Positions 50,649 to 60,483 of a stretch of 64,000 bases of DNA are shown here, in pieces. Source of the stretch: Candidatus Kaiserbacteria bacterium (GTDB lineage Bacteria; Patescibacteriota; Minisyncoccia; Phycocordibacterales; UBA2100); assembly GCA_023267655.1 (NCBI GenBank), contig JAHFMV010000004.1, forward strand, positions 10,044 through 74,043, given 5' to 3'. The notes under the pieces are model-generated. The model searched no databases, was not told the DNA's origin, and was given only the letters and a program-made list of their open reading frames with translations. The translations under genes were made by a program, and so were the position numbers. Each line of letters starts with the position of its first letter. Within the stretch, counting starts at the first letter, position 1.

Positions 50649-50721
50649 TGGACCCTACAGGACTCGAACCTGCCACCCCCTCATTGCAAATGAGGTGCTC
50701 TACCAGATGAGCTAAGGGCCC
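50649..50721 (-). tRNA. tRNA-Ala(TGC), CCA not encoded
   Basis: GGGCCCT/AGGGTCC acceptor with G3:U70, anticodon arm CCTCA-TTTGCAA-TGAGG, GGTTCGAGTCC T-arm. Confidence 0.96.
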
Positions 50722-50744
50722 GACGTGACCAGAGTACCAAAAAA

Positions 50745-51713
50745 TTATCCCTTCGCCAACCCCACCGCATGCTCCAAAAACCCCTTAACAGAACTCCCCA
50801 CACTCTCCAACATCTTTGGAAATGATGCATGTTCATGCAACCCCGGCAGTGAATTGACCTCCAGCAGATATGGCCCGCGGTTGGTGACGATAAAATCAGA
50901 GCGTGAGAAGTCAGAAAGTCCAAGCGCGCGGTGCGCGTGTTTTGCCATACTAATGAGTTCTTTTTTGTGCTTCATTGAAAAGTCGCTCGGCACGAGATGG
51001 TGATGGCCGCCTTGCATGTGATGCGCAAAATGCAGGATTTCTGCATTGTCGGGCACTACGATATGTACCGGTGGGAGCGCGTACACTTCTTCGTTGCGAA
51101 AATCTTCGATTATGCCGACTGTTGCGTCTTCACCCACGAGATATTCTTCAACGATTGCTGCGCCAAAAGTATCGAGTACATCTGCGAGCACCTGTGGAAG
51201 ATCGACAACGGACGCGGCAATCAAGATGCCGTTGGATGCGCCCTCAAGCGGAGGCTTCACTATGTACGGCGGGCCAAATTCTGAAAAGACGAGTCGCGCC
51301 ATTTCGCCGGTATCCATTGAGCTGCGGGCGACAAACGACGCGCTGCGCGGCATGCGGAGCCCCGCGTGACGCAAGACTTCGGTCGCGCGGACTTTATTCA
51401 AAGAGAGCGCGCTCGGAAGCGGCGCGGACCCGGCATACGGGACGCCAAGGCGATCAAGAATTCTCTGCACGGTGCCGTCTTCACCGATGCCGCCATGGAG
51501 TCCGCTTACAACAATGTCAATTTGTTGGAGTGCGCGCGCCGGATCCACGGGCATGCCGCGTGAATGCCACAGGCCGCTTTTATCAATCAAAATATCGCGC
51601 GTGTCGTACTGTTCTTCCGGTAGTGCATTCAAAATTGCAGCGCCCGTCTTGAGTGAGAGGTCGTACTCACTCGAAGTTCCCCCTCTCAAAACACCAACAA
51701 TGGTGCGTGCCAT
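50745..51713 (-). CDS. ddl: D-alanine--D-alanine ligase
   Basis: GG.SSEY..SL, LHGG.GEDG.VQ, R.DF, LEVNSLPG. Confidence 0.92.
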   Translation of the reverse strand: MARTIVGVLRGGTSSEYDLSLKTGAAILNALPEEQYDTRDILIDKSGLWHSRGMPVDPARALQQIDIVVSGLHGGIGEDGTVQRILDRLGVPYAGSAPLPSALSLNKVRATEVLRHAGLRMPRSASFVARSSMDTGEMARLVFSEFGPPYIVKPPLEGASNGILIAASVVDLPQVLADVLDTFGAAIVEEYLVGEDATVGIIEDFRNEEVYALPPVHIVVPDNAEILHFAHHMQGGHHHLVPSDFSMKHKKELISMAKHAHRALGLSDFSRSDFIVTNRGPYLLEVNSLPGLHEHASFPKMLESVGSSVKGFLEHAVGLAKG

Positions 51714-51752
51714 CTGAATAGTATATAGCCACTAGCGACTAGCCACTAGGGA
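51711..51752 (-). promoter_or_regulatory. TAGCCAC-array / TATACT / ATG promoter module
   Basis: Near-identical to 25845-25886. Confidence 0.75.
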
Positions 51753-51786
51753 GATGCACGGATAAGAACCGGATTTCGTATCGTGG

Positions 51787-52263
51787 CTACTCTGATGTCG
51801 AACTTGCCATACCGTCCACGCCCACGCGATCCTTAAATTCCTTCCCAATCGGTATCACAAACATTTTCGGATCAAGATTCCACACCCGTTTACAGCGTGA
51901 AATTTTGAAAAGATTAGCTTCCGTGGACGAATCGCCAAGATTGAAAACACTCTTTTGTGCAAAGTCGACGTTGTCTGCCCACGTATATGCGGAGCCGTCT
52001 TCGTACACGATCGTGTGGAGGTTTGCCGCAGTTCCCTCACCTTCTATCTTGTAATCTGCACGCAAGCGGCCTTGGCCAACGTACATTGTGCCAGAGAGAC
52101 CTTTCACGCTGGCGTCACCGATCGTGCACTGCATCGTCGGAAGCGAGAGGAATTGATCCCACGTACGGAGCGCACCGACATCGGGCACCCAGAACCAATA
52201 ACCGGTAAGGATGACCGCGATTACGATAAGGACTCCAATGACGATTGAGGCGGTGTTTTTCAT
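51787..52263 (-). CDS. Membrane-anchored hypothetical protein
   Basis: N-terminal TM, beta-rich domain with two Cys. Confidence 0.7.
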   Translation of the reverse strand: MKNTASIVIGVLIVIAVILTGYWFWVPDVGALRTWDQFLSLPTMQCTIGDASVKGLSGTMYVGQGRLRADYKIEGEGTAANLHTIVYEDGSAYTWADNVDFAQKSVFNLGDSSTEANLFKISRCKRVWNLDPKMFVIPIGKEFKDRVGVDGMASSTSE

Positions 52264-52320
52264 ATACGTATTTGAATGCTTAGGGAGACTACTATACCAC
52301 AGATGACGGTGCGATGAGGT

Positions 52321-53577
52321 CTATCTGACACGCAAGCGCTTGCGGTGATACTCGATTGCAAAGCGGTGTGCTTCGTTGTTCGCGAGAAGGATGTCGCGTT
52401 CGTGGTCGGCGATAATTTTTGCATCGCCAACAAGTCGTTCTGGCTGGTGCCGTTCGTTTTTTACGACACCAACGATCGGAATTTGAATACCGGCATTCGC
52501 AAGAATTTTTCGCGCGGCGTTCATTTGCGCGGTGTGTCCGTCGACGACAATAATCCGCGGATACGGCCATTCAGGGTGGAGGAAACGACGCGAAAGTACT
52601 TCCGTCAGTGCACCGGGGTCGTTGTTGGTGAATCCACGGATTTTGAATTTACGATACGCGCTCTTCAGCGGCTGGCTGTCTTCGATTGCCACCATGACGC
52701 CGACCGTTTCGGTACCCGCCGTGTGCGCGACATCGTACGCCTCGATACGTGCGCTGTTTGCGCGCACGCTGCCGCCGGTCGCAAAACGCGACTCGCTTTT
52801 GATGAGGGAGACATCGCGGATATGCGTAAGCGCGGCGATTTGTCGCCGTGCGATCCCTGCCGCCTCAAAATGCTCTGCGCTTGCAGCCGCCCGCATTTCT
52901 TTCTGCAATTCTTTGATGAGCGCGCCTTTTTTGCCGCTGAAAAGAAGCACAATGTTATGGATCGTGCCCGCATATTCGCGTGCATCTGTTTCTCCGGTAC
53001 ACACACCGGGACACATGCCTATCTGCCGGTTGAAGCATGGACGACAATGCGCAAGGCTTAGCCTTGCACGTTTTTGGTCTACACACGGAGTACACTTATC
53101 ATCACGATACGGAAAAATACGACGCACCAATTTCATCGCATCGCGGAGCGCAAGCCCTTGCGGAAACGGTCCAAACAAATGCTTGATGTTACCGTCCTTC
53201 CAATTCGTAAAAAGGTCGCGACCACGCACGACAAGGACCCGCGGGAATTTCTCCTGAGTAATGACGAGATAATTAAAGCTTTTGTTGTCCTTAGAAGCGA
53301 TGTTGTACGGCGGTTCAAGTTTTTTTATGAGATTCGCTTCGAGGATAAGTGCTTCAAGCACCGAATCTGTTTGCTCCCACGTGAGGGTATCCGCCTCCAC
53401 TACCATCGCTTCAATCGCGCTTGATCGAGCTTCAACGATATCTTTCGCAAAATAACTACGCACACGATCGCGCAGCGACGTTGCCTTCCCCACGTACAAA
53501 ATCCGCTTCCCTTTTTGGAAACGATACACCCCAGGCTCTTCCGGTAGGTTTAAGGTGTCGAGATCCTCGCGTTGCAT
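52321..53577 (-). CDS. uvrC: Excinuclease ABC subunit C (short form)
   Basis: GVY..LYVGKA..LR.RV GIY-YIG, Cys cluster, UVR, IEAYD..H, VDG, EAHRFA; no HhH tail. Confidence 0.9.
   Translation of the reverse strand: MQREDLDTLNLPEEPGVYRFQKGKRILYVGKATSLRDRVRSYFAKDIVEARSSAIEAMVVEADTLTWEQTDSVLEALILEANLIKKLEPPYNIASKDNKSFNYLVITQEKFPRVLVVRGRDLFTNWKDGNIKHLFGPFPQGLALRDAMKLVRRIFPYRDDKCTPCVDQKRARLSLAHCRPCFNRQIGMCPGVCTGETDAREYAGTIHNIVLLFSGKKGALIKELQKEMRAAASAEHFEAAGIARRQIAALTHIRDVSLIKSESRFATGGSVRANSARIEAYDVAHTAGTETVGVMVAIEDSQPLKSAYRKFKIRGFTNNDPGALTEVLSRRFLHPEWPYPRIIVVDGHTAQMNAARKILANAGIQIPIVGVVKNERHQPERLVGDAKIIADHERDILLANNEAHRFAIEYHRKRLRVR
53048..53070. repeat. Palindrome GCAAGGCTTAGCCTTGC within uvrC
   Basis: 20-nt identity to the intergenic copy at 38728. 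Confidence 0.7.
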
Positions 53578-53613
53578 CAAAAGACTATGCCACGACGCAC
53601 GGTTGACCGCAAA

Positions 53614-56211
53614 TTACTTCTTTTTCTTCAAAACGCGTTTCAAATACGTGCCGGTGTGCGAACCTTTGGTGTTCGCGACATTTTCCGGCGTGCCGTGTGC
53701 AACGATATGGCCGCCGCCGGAGCCGCCTTCGGGTCCCATGTCGATGATGTAGTCTGCGGATTTTAAAACGTCGAGATTGTGTTCGATAACGATAACCGTA
53801 TTGCCGCGATCTACCAATCGCTGCAAGATTTCAATCAATTTAGCGACGTCGTCGTAGTGCAGACCGACGGTCGGTTCATCGAGGAGGTAAATCGTCTTGT
53901 TCATGAGCGGTCGGTACAATTCGGACGCAATTTTCACACGCTGCGCTTCCCCGCCGGAGAGTGTTGTTGCGCTCTGGCCGAGTCGTAAGTATCCAAGACC
54001 GACGTCGTCGAGCGTTTTTAAACGGTCGGAAATCGCAGGAATATCTTCAAAGAACGCGAGCGCCTCTTCGACGGTCATTTCAAGAATATCGTGAATGTTT
54101 TTCTTTTGGAATTTCACCTCGAGTGTCTCTTTCATAAATCGCTTACCGTTGCAGACATCGCAGGTGACGTACACGGTCGGAAGAAAGTGCATCTCGACTG
54201 CGACAAGGCCGTTGCCCTCACACGCTTCGCAGCGGCCGCCTTTTCGATTGAAAGAAAAACGGCTCGGCCCCCATCCACGCGCCTTCGCTTCTTCCGTCAT
54301 CGCAAACATGTCACGGATATGCGTCCACGCACCGGTGTAGGTCGCCGGATTTGAGCGTGGCGTACGGCCAATCGGCGATTGATCGATGAGAATAGAACGT
54401 GATAAGTATTCAGTGCCGGAAAATTCTCCCACGTTGTAGATTTTTGCGGTCCGATAGCGTTTATCGAAACGTGCCTGCAAATTACGATGCAAAATTTCGT
54501 AGAGAAACGTTGATTTGCCAGATCCTGATACACCAGTCACGCATACCAACTTGCCTAACGGCACATCGACGTTCACGTTTTGAAGCGAAAATTTATTTGC
54601 GCCGCGGATTTTTATTTTGCCTTTGTCTTGCGTGCGACGTTCAGTCGGAATTTCCACGCGCGCCTCCTCGCGCAAATAGGCGAGTGTGCGTGAGCCGCTT
54701 TTGTTCGTCTTTGCGGTGAGCAAATCTTCGAGCCAGCCTTGTGCAACAATATTGCCGCCATGCGTTCCTGCGCCCGGGCCGATATCGATGAGGTAGTCGG
54801 AGGCGAAAATAGTATCTTCGTCGTGCTCAACGACGAGTACAGTGTTTCCAAGTTCACGCAAGTGCTTGAGCGTCGTTATCAATCGATCATTGTCTCTTTG
54901 ATGCAAGCCAATTGTTGGCTCATCGAGCACGTAGAGCGCACCGACAAGGCCGCTTCCGAGTTGTGAGGCAAGGCGGATCCGTTGCGCCTCGCCTCCGGAG
55001 AGTGTATTTGCCTTGCGGTTCAATGTTAGGTATTCAATGCCTACATTGAGCATGAATTGCAGGCGACTGCCGATTTCTTTGATCACTGCTTTTGAAATTT
55101 CTCTTTCCTTTTCGCTCAAATCAAGTCCGTCAAAGAATTTTTTTGCCGCGTCAATCGACATCTGTGAAATCTGCACGATGTTGGTGCGTTTAGTCTCATC
55201 GCTACCGCCATATAAAAAGACATTCAATGCTTCAGAACGCAGCCGCGCGCCATTGCAAGTTTCGCACGGCTCGTCGCCCCAGATGTATTTCGTCCCGAGG
55301 CCGTTGCAAGTCGGACATGCACCATACGGCGAGTTGAAAGAGAAGAGACGCGGTTCGACTTCGGGGAATGAAAAGCCGTCGTACGCGCACATGAATTTCG
55401 CTGACATGACGTGCCCTTCACCATTCGGATTAGTGATCTTGACCAGTCCTTCTGCTTCATGGAGCGCACGCTCGATGGCCTCCGATGCGCGTTCTCGTGC
55501 GCCTTTCGGATCGTCATTAAATTCACTGATGAAAATATCATCGACAACAATATCAATATCGTGCTTAAAATGCTTCTTTAGTTCCACGCGTTGTCGCAGA
55601 GATTTCTCTTCTCCATCGATAACCGCTTTTTCGAATCCCTTGTTAAGCATGTCGTAGAGCAGCTGGTAGTACTCGCCTTTTCGACCGACGACCACAGGCG
55701 CGGAAATACGGATTTTGGCGTTCGATACGCCGGCCGTAAGCTTTACTCCGGATTTCTTGGCTAATTTACTGGTCTTTTCGACCTGCTTTAAAACAGTCTC
55801 CAGAATTTCTTCGTTCGAGAGCTTTTTTACTTCCCTGCCGCAGATCGGACAATGCGCGTGGCCAATACGCGAATACAAGACGCGCATATAATCGTAAATC
55901 TCGGTGATCGTTGCAACTGTCGAGCGCGGATTGTTTGAACGACTTTTCTGATCGATTGAGATCGCGGGAGAAAGACCGGTGATCTCATCGACATCCGGCT
56001 TTTGCATCTGCCGCAAGAATTGCCGAGCATACGCAGAAAGTGATTCTACATACTTCCGTTGCCCCTCCGCAAAAATCGTATCAAACGCAAGCGATGATTT
56101 GCCGGAGCCCGACAAACCAGTAAACACGATCATTTTATTGCGCGGTATTTCAAGACTCACGTTCTTGAGGTTGTGTGTCCGCGCTCCCTTTATGACGATT
56201 TTATCTTCCAT
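53614..56211 (-). CDS. uvrA: Excinuclease ABC subunit A
   Basis: Two ABC modules ([26 protein letters not shown] x2), zinc fingers. Confidence 0.97.
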   Translation of the reverse strand: MEDKIVIKGARTHNLKNVSLEIPRNKMIVFTGLSGSGKSSLAFDTIFAEGQRKYVESLSAYARQFLRQMQKPDVDEITGLSPAISIDQKSRSNNPRSTVATITEIYDYMRVLYSRIGHAHCPICGREVKKLSNEEILETVLKQVEKTSKLAKKSGVKLTAGVSNAKIRISAPVVVGRKGEYYQLLYDMLNKGFEKAVIDGEEKSLRQRVELKKHFKHDIDIVVDDIFISEFNDDPKGARERASEAIERALHEAEGLVKITNPNGEGHVMSAKFMCAYDGFSFPEVEPRLFSFNSPYGACPTCNGLGTKYIWGDEPCETCNGARLRSEALNVFLYGGSDETKRTNIVQISQMSIDAAKKFFDGLDLSEKEREISKAVIKEIGSRLQFMLNVGIEYLTLNRKANTLSGGEAQRIRLASQLGSGLVGALYVLDEPTIGLHQRDNDRLITTLKHLRELGNTVLVVEHDEDTIFASDYLIDIGPGAGTHGGNIVAQGWLEDLLTAKTNKSGSRTLAYLREEARVEIPTERRTQDKGKIKIRGANKFSLQNVNVDVPLGKLVCVTGVSGSGKSTFLYEILHRNLQARFDKRYRTAKIYNVGEFSGTEYLSRSILIDQSPIGRTPRSNPATYTGAWTHIRDMFAMTEEAKARGWGPSRFSFNRKGGRCEACEGNGLVAVEMHFLPTVYVTCDVCNGKRFMKETLEVKFQKKNIHDILEMTVEEALAFFEDIPAISDRLKTLDDVGLGYLRLGQSATTLSGGEAQRVKIASELYRPLMNKTIYLLDEPTVGLHYDDVAKLIEILQRLVDRGNTVIVIEHNLDVLKSADYIIDMGPEGGSGGGHIVAHGTPENVANTKGSHTGTYLKRVLKKKK

Positions 56212-56316
56212 ATCAACAGCTCGAACCCCTCCATTGCTGCGAGGGGTACATGCGGAGTCTAGCATAGTCGGCTTTTTCAGGCTAAACTCGCGCCAGAGTC
56301 GATCCTGGAGGTAAAA

Positions 56317-56523
56317 ATGGCCAGTAAGAGACGTCTGCGGCGACGAAGTTGCAATTCAAAAGTACGCCATGACGATCAATCAAAAGCAGTGATGCAAGCG
56401 AAAAGGTTGGGGTGGCCGTGGAGTACGTATAAATGCAATTTTTGTGGCGGATGGCACGTGGGGCGACCGAACAGACAAAAGCGTCAAGCAATGCGCGCAC
56501 GTCAGGAAAATCGATTCCGATGA
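56317..56523 (+). CDS. Small basic zinc-finger-like protein (SD-led)
   Basis: GGAGGT SD; C..K......YKCNFCGGWHVG. Confidence 0.65.
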   Translation: MASKRRLRRRSCNSKVRHDDQSKAVMQAKRLGWPWSTYKCNFCGGWHVGRPNRQKRQAMRARQENRFR

Positions 56524-56525
56524 GC

Positions 56526-57431
56526 TCACAGTACGACTGCTTCCTCAACAAGTGCGACGTCAAATTGGCGTCGCACTTCTTCTTTTACTTTTGCCGCTAG
56601 TTCGCGGACGTCTTCGGCAGTCGCGTTGTTCGCGTTGATGATGTAGTTGGCCTGCTGCGGCGAAACTTGGGCGCCACCGAGTTTCGCCCCCTTCATACCA
56701 GCCTTTTCGATGAGCCATCCCGCTGGAACTCGCCCGCCACGGGATTTCACACCTTTTTCTTCTTCAAACATATTCACGATGCGCTGTGGCGCAACTGGAT
56801 TCATAAAGAACGAGCCCGCGGCTTTCACATTTTGAATATGACGCTTCTCACGTTCGGCGATTGTTTCGTCGATGAGATGCGGCTCAGATGTTCCAAGGGA
56901 GAGATGCACGTCGAGAATGATCCATTCGGGATTCTTTTTGAAAAAACTCATGCGGTAGTCGAATGCACACTCGACATTTGAAAATTCGTGGACTTCCTCC
57001 GTTTTTGTATTGATTGCGCGAACCCATGTCACAAAATCTTTGATTTCAGGACCAAATGCGCCTGCATTCCCTCGAACAGCTCCGCCAATCGTCCCGGGAA
57101 TGCCCGCAAGCTTTTCCCACCCCCCTTTTCCCTGTTTTGCAGCCTCTCTGATCAATGTCAAAAGATTGCATCCCGATTGCGCTTCCAGACCGCTCTCGGT
57201 GAATTGGAATTTCTCGCCGGTGACGCGAATAACAAGGCCCGCAAGTCCAGCATCGGGCATAAGATTGTTGCTCCCGCCAGCAATTACAAAAAAAGGCGCG
57301 TCGTGCTCTCGCGCCCAACCGAGTGCCTCTCTAATACCAGCTTCATCCGAAACCTCCACAAAATACTGCGCTGACCCTCCAATTTGGAAGGAGGTAAGCG
57401 GCGCAAGCGGAACATTCTCGCGGATTTCCAT
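56526..57431 (-). CDS. murB: UDP-N-acetylmuramate dehydrogenase
   Basis: IGG.A, GGSN, GIPGTIGGA..NAGA.G, F.YR.S, AGSFF.NP. Confidence 0.95.
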   Translation of the reverse strand: MEIRENVPLAPLTSFQIGGSAQYFVEVSDEAGIREALGWAREHDAPFFVIAGGSNNLMPDAGLAGLVIRVTGEKFQFTESGLEAQSGCNLLTLIREAAKQGKGGWEKLAGIPGTIGGAVRGNAGAFGPEIKDFVTWVRAINTKTEEVHEFSNVECAFDYRMSFFKKNPEWIILDVHLSLGTSEPHLIDETIAEREKRHIQNVKAAGSFFMNPVAPQRIVNMFEEEKGVKSRGGRVPAGWLIEKAGMKGAKLGGAQVSPQQANYIINANNATAEDVRELAAKVKEEVRRQFDVALVEEAVVL

Positions 57432-57467
57432 TTGGGCAGGATAGCATTACGCGAGATAAAAAGGGAG

Positions 57468-57492
57468 CCGGCGCACTTGAGTTGTGCGCCGG
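57468..57492 (-). terminator. Intrinsic terminator hairpin
   Basis: CCGGCGCAC..GTGCGCCGG with T tract on minus strand. Confidence 0.6.
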
Positions 57493-57515
57493 GTTCGACG
57501 TGACCTTTTGAATGG

Positions 57516-57815
57516 CTATGCAATTACGAGACGTTTTAGAAAACCATGCACGATGGCGCCTTGGCGACCACTCACTGTATGGCCGAGGGATTCGCCAAAT
57601 TCACCATACGCGTTGTAGCCGCAATATTCAACCTTGAAAACGGCGATGGGAAATCCCTCGCTGCTTTTCTCCTGCAAAAGATTCACTCTGGCACCGTCCC
57701 GTAGCCTTGCTGTTGTACGGCCGTCGTGAGTGTGGATGTCAAATGGTTTGGCAAGAAAAAAAGCGATACTAGTAAGTATGGCCTCAAGACCGTTCGGCGC
57801 TTGATTTTGGAACAT
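57516..57815 (-). CDS. Hypothetical protein (99 aa, SD-led)
   Basis: AGGAG SD, TTGACG-17-TGTACT upstream, terminator downstream. Confidence 0.55.
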   Translation of the reverse strand: MFQNQAPNGLEAILTSIAFFLAKPFDIHTHDGRTTARLRDGARVNLLQEKSSEGFPIAVFKVEYCGYNAYGEFGESLGHTVSGRQGAIVHGFLKRLVIA

Positions 57816-57919
57816 GGCACACTCCTGTTGTTACTCTTTGGAAGTAGCCTCGACTTGTCGAAGCAACCTGTACACAGTACACACCCAAGCAAACTTCACG
57901 TCAACTTCATTATGTGTTC

Positions 57920-59941
57920 TTATTTTTTACCGCTTTTTGAGAGCTCTAATTGACGGACTTCGTCGCGTAAGAGTGCGGCTGTTTCGAAATCGAGATGGTC
58001 GGCCGCTTGATGCATCTCTTCACGTTTTTGTTTGATGAGTTTCGTGATATCGCCACCGACTGCTGCAAGATCGCCTTGTGCAAGATCGGAGACCGCGCGG
58101 TCACGGACACGCTGGATATCGCCGATGATGTCGTGGATTTTCTTTGCGACGGTTTTCGGAGTGATGCCGTGCTCTTTGTTGTACGCAACTTGTTTTTCAC
58201 GGCGGCGGTTGGTTTCGCCGATTGCACGTTCCATCGAGCCGGTAGTTATTTCCGCGTAGAGAATCACGCGGCCGAGCACGTTGCGTGCGGCGCGACCCAT
58301 CGTTTGAATGAGGGATGTCTCTGAACGTAGGAATCCTTCTTTATCAGCATCAAGAATCGCGACCAGTTCGACTTCCGGAAGATCGAGTCCCTCGCGCAAA
58401 AGGTTGACACCGACCAAGACGTCGAACAATCCTTTGCGGAAATCCGTGAGCGTCTCGATACGATCGATCGTCTTCACGTCGCTGTGGATGTAACGCGATT
58501 TGATTCCTTTTTCGATCAAAAATTGATTCAGGTCTTCCGCCATCTTTTTGGTCAGCACTGTTGCAAGAGAGCGACCGCCTCGCTGCGTGACAATCTCCGC
58601 TTCGGCGATAAAATCTTTCACTTGCCCCGTATACCCGCCGGTCGCAATGATCGGGCGAATCGTTATTTCCGGATCAATAAGCCCGGTCGGGCGGATGATC
58701 ATTTCGATCGGTGTACCGCCATGCTTCTCTTCAAAATCAGACGGTGTCGCTGACGTGTAAATGGTCTGTCCTGTTTCTGTACGGAACTCCTCAAATTTGA
58801 GTGGGCGGTTATCGACGGCGCTCGGAAGGCGGAAACCGTGATCGATAAGCGTGATCTTGCGCGCGCGATCGCCTGCGTACATCGCGCCGATTTGTGGCAC
58901 GGTCACGTGGCTTTCGTCAATGATAGTGAGGAAATCCGGCGTACCGTCCGCTTTATGCGGGAAATAATTAAGGAGCGTATAAGGCGGCTCACCAGGTTGA
59001 CGGCGATCAAAGTGCCGCGAATAATTCTCGATACCGCTGCAAAAGCCGAATTCACGAATCATCGCGATGTCTTGGCGTGTCCGTCTTTTCAAGCGTTCGG
59101 CTTCGAGTATTTTTCCACTTTCGGCAAAAACTTTCAATTGCTCTTCAAGCTCAAATTCGATGTCTTTGAGCGCGGCGTCGATAACATCTTTGGGAGTGAC
59201 ATAGTGGCGCGCGGGAAACACAAATGCACCTTTCAATTCCTTGCTTATTTCACGCGTAATCGGATCCATTTCCTCTATTTTCGCCACTTTGCCGCCCGTG
59301 AGGTTGACGCGATAGATCACGCGCTCATTGGCCGGCATGATTTCAACATGCGAACCGAGCGCACGAAACGACCCGGGTGTTAGATCACCCGGCGTGCGGT
59401 CAAAATACATTGAGATTAATTTTCGCGTGAGTGTCGCACGCGTCATCGGCTCTCCTTGCTTCAGTTTGAGATTTACTTTTTCGTATTCGACGGGAGAGCC
59501 GAGGCCATAAATGCAAGAGACCGACGCCACAATGATCACGTCTTTGCGCGTGAGGAGCGCTTGCGTCGCCGCATGACGAAGGCGTTCGATGTCTTCGTTG
59601 ATCATCGCTTCCTTTTCGATATACGTATCTGTCACTGGCACATATGCCTCTGGCTGATAGTAATCGTAGTAGGAGACAAAGTAATGCACCGCCGCATCAG
59701 GAAAAAACTCGCGATATTCGGCCGCGAGCTGCGCGGCGAGCGTTTTGTTGTGTGCGATGACAAGCGTCGCCTCACCCGTTTTTTCGATGATGTTGGCCAT
59801 CGTGTACGTCTTTCCCGAACCAGTGACACCAAGGAGTACCTGGTCGCGCTTCCCCCCCTTGAGACCCTTTAAAAGCGCAGCAATCGCCACGGGCTGATCT
59901 CCGGCTGGTTTGTATTCGGACTTGAGTTTGAAGGTGGACAT
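57920..59941 (-). CDS. uvrB: Excinuclease ABC subunit B
   Basis: PAGDQP, GVTGSGKT, YYDYYQPEAY, DESH, NLLREGLD.PEV, GRAARN. Confidence 0.97.
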   Translation of the reverse strand: MSTFKLKSEYKPAGDQPVAIAALLKGLKGGKRDQVLLGVTGSGKTYTMANIIEKTGEATLVIAHNKTLAAQLAAEYREFFPDAAVHYFVSYYDYYQPEAYVPVTDTYIEKEAMINEDIERLRHAATQALLTRKDVIIVASVSCIYGLGSPVEYEKVNLKLKQGEPMTRATLTRKLISMYFDRTPGDLTPGSFRALGSHVEIMPANERVIYRVNLTGGKVAKIEEMDPITREISKELKGAFVFPARHYVTPKDVIDAALKDIEFELEEQLKVFAESGKILEAERLKRRTRQDIAMIREFGFCSGIENYSRHFDRRQPGEPPYTLLNYFPHKADGTPDFLTIIDESHVTVPQIGAMYAGDRARKITLIDHGFRLPSAVDNRPLKFEEFRTETGQTIYTSATPSDFEEKHGGTPIEMIIRPTGLIDPEITIRPIIATGGYTGQVKDFIAEAEIVTQRGGRSLATVLTKKMAEDLNQFLIEKGIKSRYIHSDVKTIDRIETLTDFRKGLFDVLVGVNLLREGLDLPEVELVAILDADKEGFLRSETSLIQTMGRAARNVLGRVILYAEITTGSMERAIGETNRRREKQVAYNKEHGITPKTVAKKIHDIIGDIQRVRDRAVSDLAQGDLAAVGGDITKLIKQKREEMHQAADHLDFETAALLRDEVRQLELSKSGKK

Positions 59942-60020
59942 ATGCAATTCATCATACTAGCTAAAATCTTGATTCTGTGCCATATTTATAATGTAGTTCA
60001 ATAGCGCACGGGGTTTACAC

Positions 60021-60170
60021 ATGCTTCCTCCACTTCTCGATCTAATTCGAAAGAGTGAGAAAAGCGTAACCGTTCTCATCGACTGGGAACGCATCAAGAA
60101 AAAACTTGAGAAAAAGTGTAAGAAAACTGGGAAACAGGTTCCTAGTGAGTACGAGGACACCAGTGACTAG
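60021..60170 (+). CDS. Possible 49-aa basic small protein
   Basis: MLPPLLDLIRKSEK..EDTSD; below ORF-track cutoff; TATAAT upstream. Confidence 0.3.
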   Translation: MLPPLLDLIRKSEKSVTVLIDWERIKKKLEKKCKKTGKQVPSEYEDTSD

Positions 60171-60222
60171 GAGCGATACATGGGTGGCATACGGCCGCCC
60201 TTTTCTTTGGTATACTGGTTCC

Positions 60223-60483
60223 ATGTCGGAAGTAGGCGGCGAGAAGCGAAAACCTCGGTATGATTTAGGAGAGCCCGGTCCTGATTCTTTTACTGCACAT
60301 TTGAACGAGCTACGAAATGCCCACACTGCAAAGCGTGTTCGAGAAATCGAAGATGAGAGGGGTATTCCAAATATTCAACAAATCCATGAAGAATTCGAAT
60401 TGGCCATAAATGATCATCTCAAAAAGAAAGGAAATAATTTGGGAAATTTCCTGCTCAAGAAGAAAAAATCAGTCAAGCACTAA
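60223..60483 (+). CDS. Hypothetical protein
   Basis: TATACT 6 nt before ATG; 86 aa. Confidence 0.55.
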   Translation: MSEVGGEKRKPRYDLGEPGPDSFTAHLNELRNAHTAKRVREIEDERGIPNIQQIHEEFELAINDHLKKKGNNLGNFLLKKKKSVKH

